A stretch of 64,000 nt of DNA from an uncultured Rhodospirillaceae bacterium (GCA_964453225.1 CAYVNS010000003.1:29218-93217), one strand, 5' to 3'; shown: positions 1 through 10,070, counted from the first letter of the stretch. Notes: generated from the sequence alone by a model not told the origin. Numbers and translations are program-made.

Positions 1-919
1 CAGGAAAGGCGCCTTTGAAAACCTGTTCGATTTCGCCGAACGGGTCGATCCGCATATCATCAATCGCAAGCAGCTGGAGAATCTTGCGTCCGCCGGGGCT
101 TTTGACAGCTTGAACAAGCATCGCGCGCAGGTCGTGGCCGCCATCGATGTCATGCTTCGCTACGGGCAGGAAAAGCAGGCCGAGAGGATCAGCGGCCAGG
201 GCAGCATGTTTGCCGCCGAGACGGCGGAGGCGCGGCCCGCGTTGCCGAAGGTCAAGAGCTGGGATGATTTAACGCGCTTGCAGCACGAGTTTTCGGCGCT
301 GGGCTTTTACCTGTCCGCGCATCCTTTGGACAATTATCGCGGCGTCCTTGAAAAAATGGGCGTGGAAGCCGTTCATAAGATCGGCGCGAAAATGCGCGGC
401 GCGGCAACGGCGCGTTTCAAGATCGCCGGGGTCGTCGTTTCGAAGCAGGAGCGCACGTCAAAACAGGGCAACAAGTTCGCTTTTGTTTCGATGTCGGACG
501 GCAGCGGCGCCTTCGAGGTGACCGTATTTTCGGAATTGCTGGCGGCAAGGCGCGATCTTCTTGAAGCCGGGCAAGCGGTTTTGCTGGACGTCGAGGCGCA
601 AGCCAATGCGCAAAATCGGACCAATGACGGGGTCGCCTCCGATTTGCGCTTTATCGCGCGCAGCATCGAACCCTTGGCGGAAGCCGCCGCCAAGGCCGCG
701 CGGGGCATTCGGATAAGGCTTTACGAGCCTTCGCCTGTGGCGGAGATTCAGAAACTTTTAGCCGCAGCGCCTAAGGGCCGCGCGCAAGTTGTTCTGGCGC
801 TCTCGCTGGACGACGGCGAAGAAGCGGAAGTCGAGTTGCCGGGCCACTGGGCGCTGTCCGAGGGGACGAAATCGGCCTTGCGCCAGATCGGCGTCGGGCT
901 GGAGGTGGAGGAGTATTAG
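1..919 (+). CDS. dnaE: DNA polymerase III alpha subunit, C-terminal part (5' end lies outside the window)
   Basis: The frame is open from position 2 and reads ...FDFAERVDPHIINRKQLENLASAGAFDSL..., the typical DnaE C-terminal OB-fold/tau-binding region. The ORF track lists only the internal M at 110. Confidence 0.8.
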   Translation, partial: RKGAFENLFDFAERVDPHIINRKQLENLASAGAFDSLNKHRAQVVAAIDVMLRYGQEKQAERISGQGSMFAAETAEARPALPKVKSWDDLTRLQHEFSALGFYLSAHPLDNYRGVLEKMGVEAVHKIGAKMRGAATARFKIAGVVVSKQERTSKQGNKFAFVSMSDGSGAFEVTVFSELLAARRDLLEAGQAVLLDVEAQANAQNRTNDGVASDLRFIARSIEPLAEAAAKAARGIRIRLYEPSPVAEIQKLLAAAPKGRAQVVLALSLDDGEEAEVELPGHWALSEGTKSALRQIGVGLEVEEY

Positions 920-1026
920 GGGGGGATTTTTTGACATTGAATCATGGATTATGAAATATCCCGCTCTAGCCATTTATAAAGACAGCGATTCACGTTTCGC
1001 GGTCAAAAATGGCATTAAACAATGAA

Positions 1027-1740
1027 CTACCTGCACAGTGACCGGACACGCTTCTCGCCTTGTTCTATCGATGCTGGAATATCACTCTTTGTTACCGCTT
1101 CTAAAGCTCCCAAGGCTGAAGCTAAACTCCAACCAGATTCAGTAGGACGCATACTTTTGGCCAGCGCAAGCTCTTCATAAGTATAAAGATGATTTTCCCA
1201 CTTTGCTCCACAGCATGGGAGAGGGTTTCCGCTTAGAATCGTGTTTAGCATTTCGTTCAAAAGGCCAAGAGAATGAATGGCGGCCCTATGCCTAAGGCTT
1301 TCTACAGTTTCTTCAGGCCAGATGGGAAAAGTTTTAGTGGTAATGATTGGGCCGTCGTCGATGCGTTCATTCATGTGGTGACACGTCACCCCGAAAACGT
1401 CGTCGCCGTTATGAAGGGCCCACCAATAACCGCCGACGCCCCGATATTTAGTCGGACTGGGATGAAAATTGATGGCACCATTTTTCGCACGTCTCAGCAG
1501 GGCGCGCGAAAGAATGAGATCGGATTTGAATGAGATGATCCAATCGCCATGCCAATCACTGAGATCCGGTTTGGGCATGCCTGGGGACCAGTATATAGGT
1601 AGAACAGAAGAAAAAGCGGTCGCGACCGTTTCATAACCGAGCTTTCCCCAAGGCGAGTATTCACTGACATAGAGAACCTTGGAAGCAACGGCTTTGCACT
1701 TAGTGCTCAATGGGGGGGCTGGGTCGAGAGCATAGCTCAT
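1027..1740 (-). CDS. Formyltransferase-family protein (Fmt/PurN-like N-terminal catalytic domain), ~237 aa
   Basis: Formyl_trans_N signature NFHPSPTKYRGVGGYWWALHNGDDVFGVTCHHMNERIDDGPII carries the catalytic His-x-Ser and Asp. The MSYAL start at 1740 overlaps the stop of the upstream XRE gene as ATGA. An alternative start lies at 1785. Confidence 0.6.
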   Translation of the reverse strand: MSYALDPAPPLSTKCKAVASKVLYVSEYSPWGKLGYETVATAFSSVLPIYWSPGMPKPDLSDWHGDWIISFKSDLILSRALLRRAKNGAINFHPSPTKYRGVGGYWWALHNGDDVFGVTCHHMNERIDDGPIITTKTFPIWPEETVESLRHRAAIHSLGLLNEMLNTILSGNPLPCCGAKWENHLYTYEELALAKSMRPTESGWSLASALGALEAVTKSDIPASIEQGEKRVRSLCR

Positions 1741-2417
1741 GCTTTGCCCCCTTTTTTTGATGACGGGGCATAAGCCATTTTCCAAAAGGTCTGGAATTGC
1801 TTGCGATAGGCATTCGTTACTGCGCGAGACCTGAACAACATAATTGTGGGTCCGGGCGTGGTGTCGAAATCCATGATCGCGAGAGTGTCGCCATAAATGT
1901 AGAACGGAACAGCCTGGAATACATCCTTCGATATCCAGCGGTACTCGTTATAGGCGGATGCGCAGAAATTCGTATCGCCTTCGCAGATAATGGCAAGAAC
2001 TTCGAGATCGCCGCGCGCATGAAAAACATCGGTCATGCGTTTGAGATAATACTGCGAAAATTCGTTACCAATAGTCGCTATGAAGGTAGTCTCATCGATT
2101 CCGAACATCATAATCGTGCCGCCATTTTTGCTGGCATATTCATGAACACCGTTAAAGAACTGCTGCAAGCCTTCGCGGCCAGTAAGAATATCGACAGTCG
2201 CCGGCCTGAGGCGGACGCCCTGACTATCGGTAAATTCGATTCCGCGTGTTTCCAAAATATTGCGGATCTTCCGCATTGTTTCATCGCGGTACACCGCCGT
2301 CTGATTAATAATCTTGTTCAGCGTATTGCGCCCGATCCCGGCTTCTGTTGCTAAGCTTTCTTGGGTTAGGCCCGAGAGAGCTATAGCTGCGGCGATTTGT
2401 GGGCCAGTGAGTCTCAT
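1737..2417 (-). CDS. XRE-family helix-turn-helix transcriptional regulator with an uncharacterised ~170-aa C-terminal domain
   Basis: N-terminal LTQESLATEAGIGRNTLNKIINQ is a classic XRE HTH. The MRLTGPQ start at 2417 is preferred over the track's 2453. Its stop is coupled to the downstream formyltransferase start. Confidence 0.6.
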   Translation of the reverse strand: MRLTGPQIAAAIALSGLTQESLATEAGIGRNTLNKIINQTAVYRDETMRKIRNILETRGIEFTDSQGVRLRPATVDILTGREGLQQFFNGVHEYASKNGGTIMMFGIDETTFIATIGNEFSQYYLKRMTDVFHARGDLEVLAIICEGDTNFCASAYNEYRWISKDVFQAVPFYIYGDTLAIMDFDTTPGPTIMLFRSRAVTNAYRKQFQTFWKMAYAPSSKKGGKA

Positions 2418-2656
2418 GGTAAAAGATTCCTTACTGAAATGCCGTTGTACCATACAATACTTTATGCACCGTTAAAAGGTACAAAATGATCAATTATGTT
2501 ATTCAGGCTTTTCAATAGGTTGTATCCGAAGTGTGCAGGATGCACCGCCAGAAGGTGCATATTGTATTGCTTTCATGGCAAAAATACGTACACTATCAAT
2601 ATAGGCGATGAAGAATATTTGGTTTTGTTGATATTACAAAGAGTTAGGGGATTTCG

Positions 2657-2833
2657 ATGCCGACATTCAATTTTGAGCAATTAGTTTCACGATATGGCGA
2701 TGTTTTGGCCTGGGAGTATTTGGCTGAAATTGAAAGGGCCGCATCGCTTCCTCCGCAGCAGCACATCGATGATCCTGAAATCCGCCTTGCTTATGCTCTT
2801 CAAGTTCAAGACCAATTTGCCCAAGCAGCTTAG
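2657..2833 (+). CDS. Small hypothetical protein (58 aa), paralogous to the N-terminus of the next ORF
   Basis: Read by hand (MPTFNFEQLVSRYGDVLAWEYLAEIERAAS...). AGGGG lies 7 nt upstream of the ATG. It is below the 60-aa cut-off of the ORF track. The region is AT-rich. Confidence 0.35.
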   Translation: MPTFNFEQLVSRYGDVLAWEYLAEIERAASLPPQQHIDDPEIRLAYALQVQDQFAQAA

Positions 2834-2842
2834 GGGCGCGCG

Positions 2843-3265
2843 ATGCAAAGGAATATCACCTACAGGGAACTGGTCGAGCGTTATGGGGATAAAATGGCCT
2901 ACGGCCTTCTGTTGACGCTGGAAAAGTCGGCCCAAATCCGGAACAATGTTGTTTATTTCGATGAAGAAATTCGCCTTGCCCGCATACTGGATGAAATGAA
3001 CAAGCCTTTGACACGGCACATGCGCGCGGCAAAGAACATGAACACGATGAGAAGAGACCTTCCCCCTGACGAATTAGACAGCTCCGACTTGATTTCCGTA
3101 CGCGCGCTTATTTCTTATGTGGCGCACACCAAAGGGCTTGACGAGGATGACGTTCGTTCGCTTGTTGAAAACTATTTTGGAACAAACGACATTAAGAACA
3201 TTCATCAGGCGGAATACAACAAAGCCGTTGCCTATCTTGTGGATATCGAAACGCGCGAAGCGTAA
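2843..3265 (+). CDS. Hypothetical protein (140 aa)
   Basis: Its N-terminus ([25 protein letters not shown]) parallels the preceding small ORF. AGGGG lies upstream of the ATG. No family was recognised. Confidence 0.45.
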   Translation: MQRNITYRELVERYGDKMAYGLLLTLEKSAQIRNNVVYFDEEIRLARILDEMNKPLTRHMRAAKNMNTMRRDLPPDELDSSDLISVRALISYVAHTKGLDEDDVRSLVENYFGTNDIKNIHQAEYNKAVAYLVDIETREA

Positions 3266-3598
3266 ATATCCCCTTCCGTAATACCGCAACTTCAGACCCA
3301 GCCATTTGCATTCGCATTGTTTCAGTATGACGTTGATGTGAAAAAGTAGACGTCATTTATTACAGCCAAGAAAAACAAATCGGATTCCGGATAAAAGCCT
3401 CGCTACGCTTGGATTTTTCCGGAATGACGTACTTTCTAATTGAGTCTGCTCCCTATACCTCTCCCGCGAGCGCCTGGCCGCGCTGGATATGAGAAAAATT
3501 TTTAGTCCCTATTCTAAAAGGCTTTGGGTGGACAAGCGGCGCGAATGTCGTAGGATAGCAAGCTGTCGCTTTCCCGCATTCCTTTCTGTTGGCTGTTC

Positions 3599-4717
3599 AT
3601 GCTTGCTTATTTCATCCGGCGCCTTTTGCTGATCATCCCGACCTTGGTGGGCATCATGGCGCTGAATTTTTTGATCGTGCAGGCCGCGCCGGGCGGGCCG
3701 ATCGAACAGATTGTCGCGAAGTTGCACGGCACCGATGTGGCCGCGACCGCGCGCATCGGCGGATCGACCGGGGGGGATGTTTCGATGCCGCTTTCGCAAG
3801 CGACGAAAGGCAACGAGGCGTCGGACGTGACGGCGCGTTATCCCGGCGCGCAGGGGATCGACCCCGAACTGATTAAGGAGCTGGAAAAGCAATTCGGCTT
3901 CGACCAGCCTTTGCACAAGCGCTTTTTGACGATGATGGGGCGCTACCTGCAATTCGACTTCGGCAAATCCTATTTCCGGGATGAAAGCGTCGTTCAGCTG
4001 GTGCTGAACAAGATGCCAGTCTCGGTCTCGCTGGGGCTTTGGACGACGCTGATCGTTTACCTGATTTCCATTCCTCTTGGCATTCGCAAAGCCGTGAAAG
4101 ACGGCACCGCTTTCGATATGTGGAGCAGCGCCGCCATCATTGCGGGCTATGCCATTCCGAGCTTTTTGTTTGCCGTCTTGCTGATTGTCGTCTTTGCGGG
4201 CGGGCGTTATCTGGATTGGTTTCCCTTGCGCGGCCTGACCTCCGATAACTGGGGCGATATGGACTGGCCGCATCGCGTTCTTGATTACTTCTGGCATATC
4301 GCGCTGCCGGTGACGGCGCTTGTGATCGGCGGCTTTGCAAGCCTGACCATGCTGACCAAAAATTCTTTTTTAGACGAGATCAACAAGCAATATGTCTTAA
4401 CGGCGCGCGCGAAGGGATTGACCGAAAACCGCGTTCTTTACGGCCATGTTTTTCGCAACGCGATGCTGATCGTCATTGCCGGGTTTCCGACCGCGTTTCT
4501 TTCCGTTTTGTTTACCGGGTCTTTGTTGATCGAGGTGATTTTTTCGCTGGACGGGATGGGCCTTTTGGGGTTCGAGTCCGCCATTAACCGCGATTATCCT
4601 GTCATGTTCGGGACACTGTATTTCTTTACCCTATTGGGACTGATAATGAATGTTCTGGGCGATATGGCGTACGTGCTGACCGATCCCAGGATCGATTTCG
4701 AAACGCGCGAGGGCTAA
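3599..4717 (+). CDS. yejB: ABC transporter permease, YejB/OppB-like (peptide/microcin C-type importer inner membrane subunit)
   Basis: Near-full-length match in character to YejB ([34 protein letters not shown]...[10 protein letters not shown]...). It has the binding-protein-dependent transport signature. No yejA/E/F lie adjacent. Confidence 0.8.
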   Translation: MLAYFIRRLLLIIPTLVGIMALNFLIVQAAPGGPIEQIVAKLHGTDVAATARIGGSTGGDVSMPLSQATKGNEASDVTARYPGAQGIDPELIKELEKQFGFDQPLHKRFLTMMGRYLQFDFGKSYFRDESVVQLVLNKMPVSVSLGLWTTLIVYLISIPLGIRKAVKDGTAFDMWSSAAIIAGYAIPSFLFAVLLIVVFAGGRYLDWFPLRGLTSDNWGDMDWPHRVLDYFWHIALPVTALVIGGFASLTMLTKNSFLDEINKQYVLTARAKGLTENRVLYGHVFRNAMLIVIAGFPTAFLSVLFTGSLLIEVIFSLDGMGLLGFESAINRDYPVMFGTLYFFTLLGLIMNVLGDMAYVLTDPRIDFETREG

Positions 4718-4960
4718 AAGGATTGTAATTTAATATTACTTTTTCCATATGAGCGGGTCGAAAAATAAACCATGTTTCTTTGCCCCATCGCCAAATCCGG
4801 CTCTTTTCAGAGCTTAAATCCATGCTTAACTTTCTGAAATTGTTATATTTAATACAGTTATCCCGCCTGGTGTGCTTTTTGTTAATAAATCCTACCATTT
4901 GTTAAAATTTGTGCTAAAGTATGCTTAACGAAGTACCCTTAAACACATGGGGCACCGATT

Positions 4961-5677
4961 ATGCGCGTTCTGCTTGTCGAAGACGATACCTCCGTTGCAA
5001 AAAGCATCGAATTGATGCTGCAGGCCGATGGTTTCATCGTTGATACGACCGATTTGGGCGAAGATGGCCTCGAGATCGGTAAGATTTATGATTATGATAT
5101 CATCATTCTGGATTTGATGTTGCCCGATATTGACGGCTACGAAGTCTTGCGCCGACTGCGCGCCGCGCGCGTGACGACGCCTATTCTGATCCTTTCGGGC
5201 CTTTCCGAGCTTGATAACAAAATCAAGGGCCTTGGGTTTGGCGCGGACGATTATTTAACCAAGCCTTTCGATCGCCGCGAACTTGTGGCGCGCATCCACG
5301 CGATCATTCGCCGCAGCAAAGGCCATTCGGACAGCGTCATTCGCACCGGCAAGCTGGTTGTCAATCTTGACACGCGCACCGTCGAAGTGGATGGATCGCC
5401 CTTGCATCTGACGGGCAAGGAATACGGCATTCTGGAACTCTTGTCGTTGCGCAAAGGCACGACCTTGACGAAGGAAATGTTCCTGAACCATCTGTATGGC
5501 GGCATGGATGAGCCGGAGCTGAAGATTATCGACGTCTTCGTTTGTAAGCTCCGCAAGAAGCTTGCGACGGCAGCCGGCGGCGAAAATTACATCGAAACCG
5601 TGTGGGGCCGCGGGTATGTTTTGCGCGATCCGCCGGGAACCGAAGCCGCACGCGCATCGGCGGCGAAGATGGCCTGA
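4961..5677 (+). CDS. ctrA: Cell-cycle response regulator CtrA (OmpR-family)
   Basis: MRVLLVEDD...[25 protein letters not shown]...[32 protein letters not shown] is almost invariant CtrA sequence. Confidence 0.92.
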   Translation: MRVLLVEDDTSVAKSIELMLQADGFIVDTTDLGEDGLEIGKIYDYDIIILDLMLPDIDGYEVLRRLRAARVTTPILILSGLSELDNKIKGLGFGADDYLTKPFDRRELVARIHAIIRRSKGHSDSVIRTGKLVVNLDTRTVEVDGSPLHLTGKEYGILELLSLRKGTTLTKEMFLNHLYGGMDEPELKIIDVFVCKLRKKLATAAGGENYIETVWGRGYVLRDPPGTEAARASAAKMA

Positions 5678-5694
5678 AGGGCGCGTTATCTTTT

Positions 5695-5728
5695 AAAAAA
5701 GCCGATGCAAACGCATCGGCTTTTTTTG
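5695..5728 (+). terminator. Rho-independent terminator downstream of ctrA
   Basis: Perfect 8-bp stem gccgatgc/gcatcggc with a 4-nt loop, followed by T7. Confidence 0.7.
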
Positions 5729-5873
5729 TTGTCCAAAGTATCTTTAATCGTAACTGATTTTTATTTTGGCGCGGCCATCTGGATTCCGGGCTCTCAGCAG
5801 TGCGTCGCATTGCTTTCGCCCCGGAATGACATGCTTCCCTGAATGCTGAATCCCGAATCCTGAATGCTTATTT

Positions 5874-6488
5874 TCAGGCGACTTCTTGGATTTCTTCTTG
5901 CGTCGCCGCCAAATTCTGGGCGACGTCCTTCATGGACGGCTGGGGTTGCGCCATCGTCGGCATGGCGGGTTGGCCCTGCGGCGCATCGGTGCGTGCACGC
6001 GCGATGTGCGGCATGATGTCCTGCAATTCGATGAAATTGTCGGCCTGGCGGCGGAGTTCGTCCGCAACCATCGGCGGCGACGAGCGCATCGTGCTGACAA
6101 CGCTGACGCGTACGCCCTTGCGCTGCACGGCTTCGACCAAGCGGCGGAAATCGCCGTCGCCCGAGAAGATGATGATATGCTCGACATGATCGCACATTTC
6201 CATGACGTCGATCGCGAGCTCGATATCCATATTGCCCTTGATTTTGCGGCGGCCAAAGGCGTCCGTGAATTCCTTGGTCGGCTTGGTCACCATCGAATAG
6301 CCGTTGTAGTCGAGCCAGTCGACAAGCGGGCGAATCGGCGAATATTCTTCGTTTTCAATCAGCGCGGTATAATAAAAAGCGCGCACAAGACGCCCGCGGC
6401 CCGCAAACACTTCCAGCAGCTTCTTGTAATCGATATCAAACCCAAGTCCGCGAGCGGCGGCATAAAGATTGGCTCCATCGATAAACAT
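5874..6488 (-). CDS. NYN-domain (LabA/DUF88-like) protein
   Basis: MFIDGANLY...FYYTALIENEEYSPIRPLVDWLDYNGYS...IIIFSGDGDF is the NYN ribonuclease-like fold. The start at MFIDG (6488) is preferred. It is commonly found next to rpoZ in alphaproteobacteria. Confidence 0.7.
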   Translation of the reverse strand: MFIDGANLYAAARGLGFDIDYKKLLEVFAGRGRLVRAFYYTALIENEEYSPIRPLVDWLDYNGYSMVTKPTKEFTDAFGRRKIKGNMDIELAIDVMEMCDHVEHIIIFSGDGDFRRLVEAVQRKGVRVSVVSTMRSSPPMVADELRRQADNFIELQDIMPHIARARTDAPQGQPAMPTMAQPQPSMKDVAQNLAATQEEIQEVA

Positions 6489-6834
6489 TGCCGAACGCTC
6501 TTCTTTGTAAAAAATCATTCTTTCCTCTTATGCTGAACTTGTCATAAATGCGCCCGCCCTAAGGCTGGTTCTATAACATTACCCAAAAAAGGCAATGGCT
6601 TAGAATATTTTTCCGAGACCTTAAGGCATGCTTGTTCGGGAATCAATCGGCTTTAATATATCTTAATTTGATAGAGTTAACAAGCATGACATTCATTTGT
6701 ATGATCTCATCATAAACATGATGCTTTACAAAGGATTGCAGAAAATTGTAGGTTCCCGCTCTGGCGTATGTTTTGTGATCCTTTCGGTTTCGTAAGGTTT
6801 CATTGATTTTGTTCGCGTTAAAATTGAGGTTTTC

Positions 6835-7263
6835 ATGGCCCGTATTACCGTTGAAGATTGTGTTCTTGCCGTTCCTAACCGTTTCGAGCTTGTGATGCTC
6901 GCGGCGCATCGCGCCCGCAGCCTGAGCTCCGGCGCGGAACTGAAGGTGAGCCGCGATCGCGATAAAAACCCCGTTGTCGCCTTGCGCGAGATTGCCGAGG
7001 CGAAAGTCGATCTTTCGGGCCTTGAAGGCGCGCTGATCAAGAGCCTTCAAAAGCGCATCGAGCCGGATCAGCCCGAAGAAGAAGTGGCCGAGCTTTTGGC
7101 GAGCGAACAGCAACCCTGGATCAACGACATCGGCGCGGCCGAGGGCGACGATGCCGACGAGGCGCTGGACGAAGAAAGCGACGATTTAGCGGAAGAAGGC
7201 GCCAATGAGGCGGAACTCGGCGGCTCGTTTGAGGACGCCGGCGCCGACGAAATTAAGGACTAG
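6835..7263 (+). CDS. rpoZ: DNA-directed RNA polymerase omega subunit
   Basis: [30 protein letters not shown] is the canonical RpoZ N-terminus, followed by an acidic tail. Confidence 0.88.
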   Translation: MARITVEDCVLAVPNRFELVMLAAHRARSLSSGAELKVSRDRDKNPVVALREIAEAKVDLSGLEGALIKSLQKRIEPDQPEEEVAELLASEQQPWINDIGAAEGDDADEALDEESDDLAEEGANEAELGGSFEDAGADEIKD

Positions 7264-7428
7264 TTAGAACTTTTTTACAAAGGGCGTTCTTTCGCCGAAA
7301 GGCGCCGCTTTTACGTGAGTTTTAGGCGACGCGCACACGACCTGCGCGTCGCTCAATCTTCGGTTAAAGCGCCTTTGTCGGGCAAATAACTGCCTTTTGT
7401 AAACAAGTTCTTAGGAGGAAGCTGCTAT

Positions 7429-9678
7429 GTGTTTCCTTCGAAGGAACGCCGAATGCAGACCCCCGATCTTCCCGTCAAAGAGCCAGACGCCACAGCCGCG
7501 CCCGAAAAAAAAGCGCGCGGGCAACTGATGCGGCAATATGACCTTGTGGAGCGCGTGCGCGCTTACGATCCCAATTTAAACGAAGACTTGCTGAATCGCG
7601 CCTATGTCTTTTCCATGCAGGCGCACGGCAAACAGGTCCGCGCTTCCGGCGATCCTTATTTTTCGCATCCCCTTGAGGTTGCGGGCATCCTGACGAACAT
7701 GAAGATGGACTGCACGACGATCGCAGCCGCTTTGCTGCACGACGCGGTCGAGGATACGCTGGCGTCTTTGGACGATATTCAAAAACAGTTCGGGCCGAAC
7801 GTGGCGCGCCTTGTGGACGGAGTCACCAAGCTGTCGCGCATCGAGCTGCAAACCGACCAAGCCAAGCAGGCCGAAAATTTCCGCAAGCTGGTCGTCGCCA
7901 TGTCGGAAGACATCCGCGTGCTTCTGATAAAGCTGGCCGACCGTCTGCATAACATGCGAACCCTGCATTACCTGAAAGATGCCAACAAGCGCCGCCGCAT
8001 TGCGCGCGAGACGATCGAGATTTACGCGCCTCTGGCGCAGCGCATCGGCATCGAGAAGATGGAAGACGAGCTGGAGGACCTGGCGTTCGGCGAACTGAAC
8101 GCCGACGCGCGAGGCAGCGTTATCGCCCGCCTCAACTTCCTGCGCCGCGAGGGCGGAACCATTGCCCAGCGCGTGTTAAAGGAATTGCGGACGGTCTTGA
8201 CCGAGGGCGGGATCAAGGGCGCCACCGTGGAAGGCCGCGAAAAGACGCCCTATTCCATCTGGCGCAAGATGAAGCGCAAAAATGTGGGCTTCGAACAGCT
8301 TTCCGACATCATGGCCTTTCGCATCCGTGTCGATTCCGTAGACCATTGCTATCAGGCACTGGGCATCATTCACAGCCATTACCATGTCATTCCCGGGCGG
8401 TTTAAGGATTACATCTCGACGCCGAAGCCGAACCAGTATCAAAGCCTGCACACCGGCATTTTGGGGCCGGAGCAACAGCGCATCGAAATTCAGATACGCA
8501 CAAACGATATGCATGAAGTGGCCGAGCTGGGCGTTGCCGCGCACTGGGCCTACAAAGAAGGCGGCGCCGCCCCGCGCACGGACGGGTTGCAATACCGGTG
8601 GCTGCGCGAGCTTTTGGATATTGTGGAGCATGCGCAAAAGCCCGAAGAGTTCCTGGAAAACACGAAGCTGGAATTGTTTCAGGAGCAGGTTTTTTGTTTC
8701 ACGCCCAAAGGCGATTTGATCGCTTTGCCCCGCGGCTCTTCGCCCGTTGATTTCGCCTATGCCATTCATAGCCGCGTCGGCGACGCCTGCGTCGGCGCGA
8801 AAGTCAACGGACGCATGGTGCCTTTGAGAACGGCGTTGCATAACGGCGACCAGGTCGAAGTCGTGACGCAAAAAGGCAGCACGCCCTCGCCCGCGTGGGA
8901 ACGCTTTGTCGTTAGCGGCAAGGCGAAATCGTGCATCCGGCGTTTCGTGCGCTTGCAACAGCGGGCGGAATACATTCTTCTGGGCAAATCGATTCTGGAG
9001 AAACTTTGCAAGCAGGAGACGGTGGCGTACTCGGAAAAGGCTTTCGAGGCGGTCGCCAAAAACTTCCAGAGCGCGACGATTGACGATCTTTTGGCTAACG
9101 TGGGCGCGTCGTTGCAGCCCGCACGCGAAGTTTTTAACGCCGCCTATCCTTCCCATCGGCTGAAAACGCCCGACAAGGGCGAAAAACCGGCTGCGCCGAG
9201 AAAAATCGCCAAAGGAACGGTTCCTCTGACCTTGAAGGGCTTGATCCCCGGCATGGCGGTGCATTACGCGCGCTGTTGCCATCCGTTGCCCGGCGATTCC
9301 ATCGTGGGGATCGTGACGACCGGCAAGGGCGTGACCATTCATACGACCGATTGCGAAACGCTGGAAAGCTTTACGCGCGCGCCGGAGCGGTGGATCGACG
9401 TGGGATGGAGCGGCGAGAAGGAAAGAGCCGCCGATCCTATGGTGGGTCGCTTGAGTTTGGTTTTGACCAATCAGCCGAACAGCTTTGCCGCCGTGACGAC
9501 CGCCATCGGCAAAAACAGCGGCAATATTTTCAACATGAAGATCACGAACCGCACGCCGGACTTTTTCGATATTCTGATCGACGTGGAAGTCAAGGACGTC
9601 AACCATCTGACGACGATCATCGCCGCCCTGCGGGCCATCTCGGCCGTGAATTCCGTGGAGCGCACCAAGGGCAGATAA
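7429..9678 (+). CDS. spoT: Bifunctional (p)ppGpp synthetase/hydrolase Rsh (RelA/SpoT homologue)
   Basis: HD domain (FSHPLEVAGIL...LLHDAVEDT), synthetase domain (RIKTPYSIWRKM), TGS and ACT regions. GTG start at 7429, 10 nt after AGGAGG. An ATG alternative lies at 7453. Confidence 0.9.
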   Translation: MFPSKERRMQTPDLPVKEPDATAAPEKKARGQLMRQYDLVERVRAYDPNLNEDLLNRAYVFSMQAHGKQVRASGDPYFSHPLEVAGILTNMKMDCTTIAAALLHDAVEDTLASLDDIQKQFGPNVARLVDGVTKLSRIELQTDQAKQAENFRKLVVAMSEDIRVLLIKLADRLHNMRTLHYLKDANKRRRIARETIEIYAPLAQRIGIEKMEDELEDLAFGELNADARGSVIARLNFLRREGGTIAQRVLKELRTVLTEGGIKGATVEGREKTPYSIWRKMKRKNVGFEQLSDIMAFRIRVDSVDHCYQALGIIHSHYHVIPGRFKDYISTPKPNQYQSLHTGILGPEQQRIEIQIRTNDMHEVAELGVAAHWAYKEGGAAPRTDGLQYRWLRELLDIVEHAQKPEEFLENTKLELFQEQVFCFTPKGDLIALPRGSSPVDFAYAIHSRVGDACVGAKVNGRMVPLRTALHNGDQVEVVTQKGSTPSPAWERFVVSGKAKSCIRRFVRLQQRAEYILLGKSILEKLCKQETVAYSEKAFEAVAKNFQSATIDDLLANVGASLQPAREVFNAAYPSHRLKTPDKGEKPAAPRKIAKGTVPLTLKGLIPGMAVHYARCCHPLPGDSIVGIVTTGKGVTIHTTDCETLESFTRAPERWIDVGWSGEKERAADPMVGRLSLVLTNQPNSFAAVTTAIGKNSGNIFNMKITNRTPDFFDILIDVEVKDVNHLTTIIAALRAISAVNSVERTKGR

Positions 9679-9726
9679 CTTTGTAGGCCTAAATATTTTT
9701 TTAATATGGCGGTCGGCGCGGTGGTA

Positions 9727-9921
9727 TTACCCTATTTTGCGCGCCTCTTCGACGAGCATGATGGGGATGCCTTCGCGGATCGGGTACGCAAGGCCCGCTT
9801 TGTCGCTGATGAGCTCTTGGGCCGCCGCATCGTAGCGCAGCGGCGCTTTGGTGAGCGGGCACACGAGAATTTCAAGCAGTTTCGGATCGGCTTTGCGCGG
9901 GGAAGGGAGCGAGTCAGTCAT
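9727..9921 (-). CDS. Trm112/UPF0434 family small protein
   Basis: [17 protein letters not shown]...[10 protein letters not shown] matches the Trm112-like zinc-ribbon family. Confidence 0.6.
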   Translation of the reverse strand: MTDSLPSPRKADPKLLEILVCPLTKAPLRYDAAAQELISDKAGLAYPIREGIPIMLVEEARKIG

Positions 9922-10070
9922 AAAACCCATCCATGATAAAGGTGAAGAAAACTCAATGGGATGCCCGCCTTCCGCCTACGCCATGGCTACGGCGGACTTG
10001 GTTACTAGACCACCGAAGCTTTAGCGTAGGTGGTCGCGGGCATGACGATTTTACGAAACCGAATCCATAT

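Noticed and set aside
3300-3600. Short inverted repeats (atgacgt...acgtcat; ttccgga...tccggaa) at the right edge of the low-GC islet, considered as att/IR termini
   Set aside because: They are only 7 bp each and have no matching partner at the other islet edge near 1000-1030. This is insufficient to call a mobile-element boundary.
8176-9606. 476-aa minus-strand ORF inside rsh
   Set aside because: It is antisense to a clearly identified RelA/SpoT gene, with low-complexity Arg/Ala composition, so it is a GC-driven shadow ORF.
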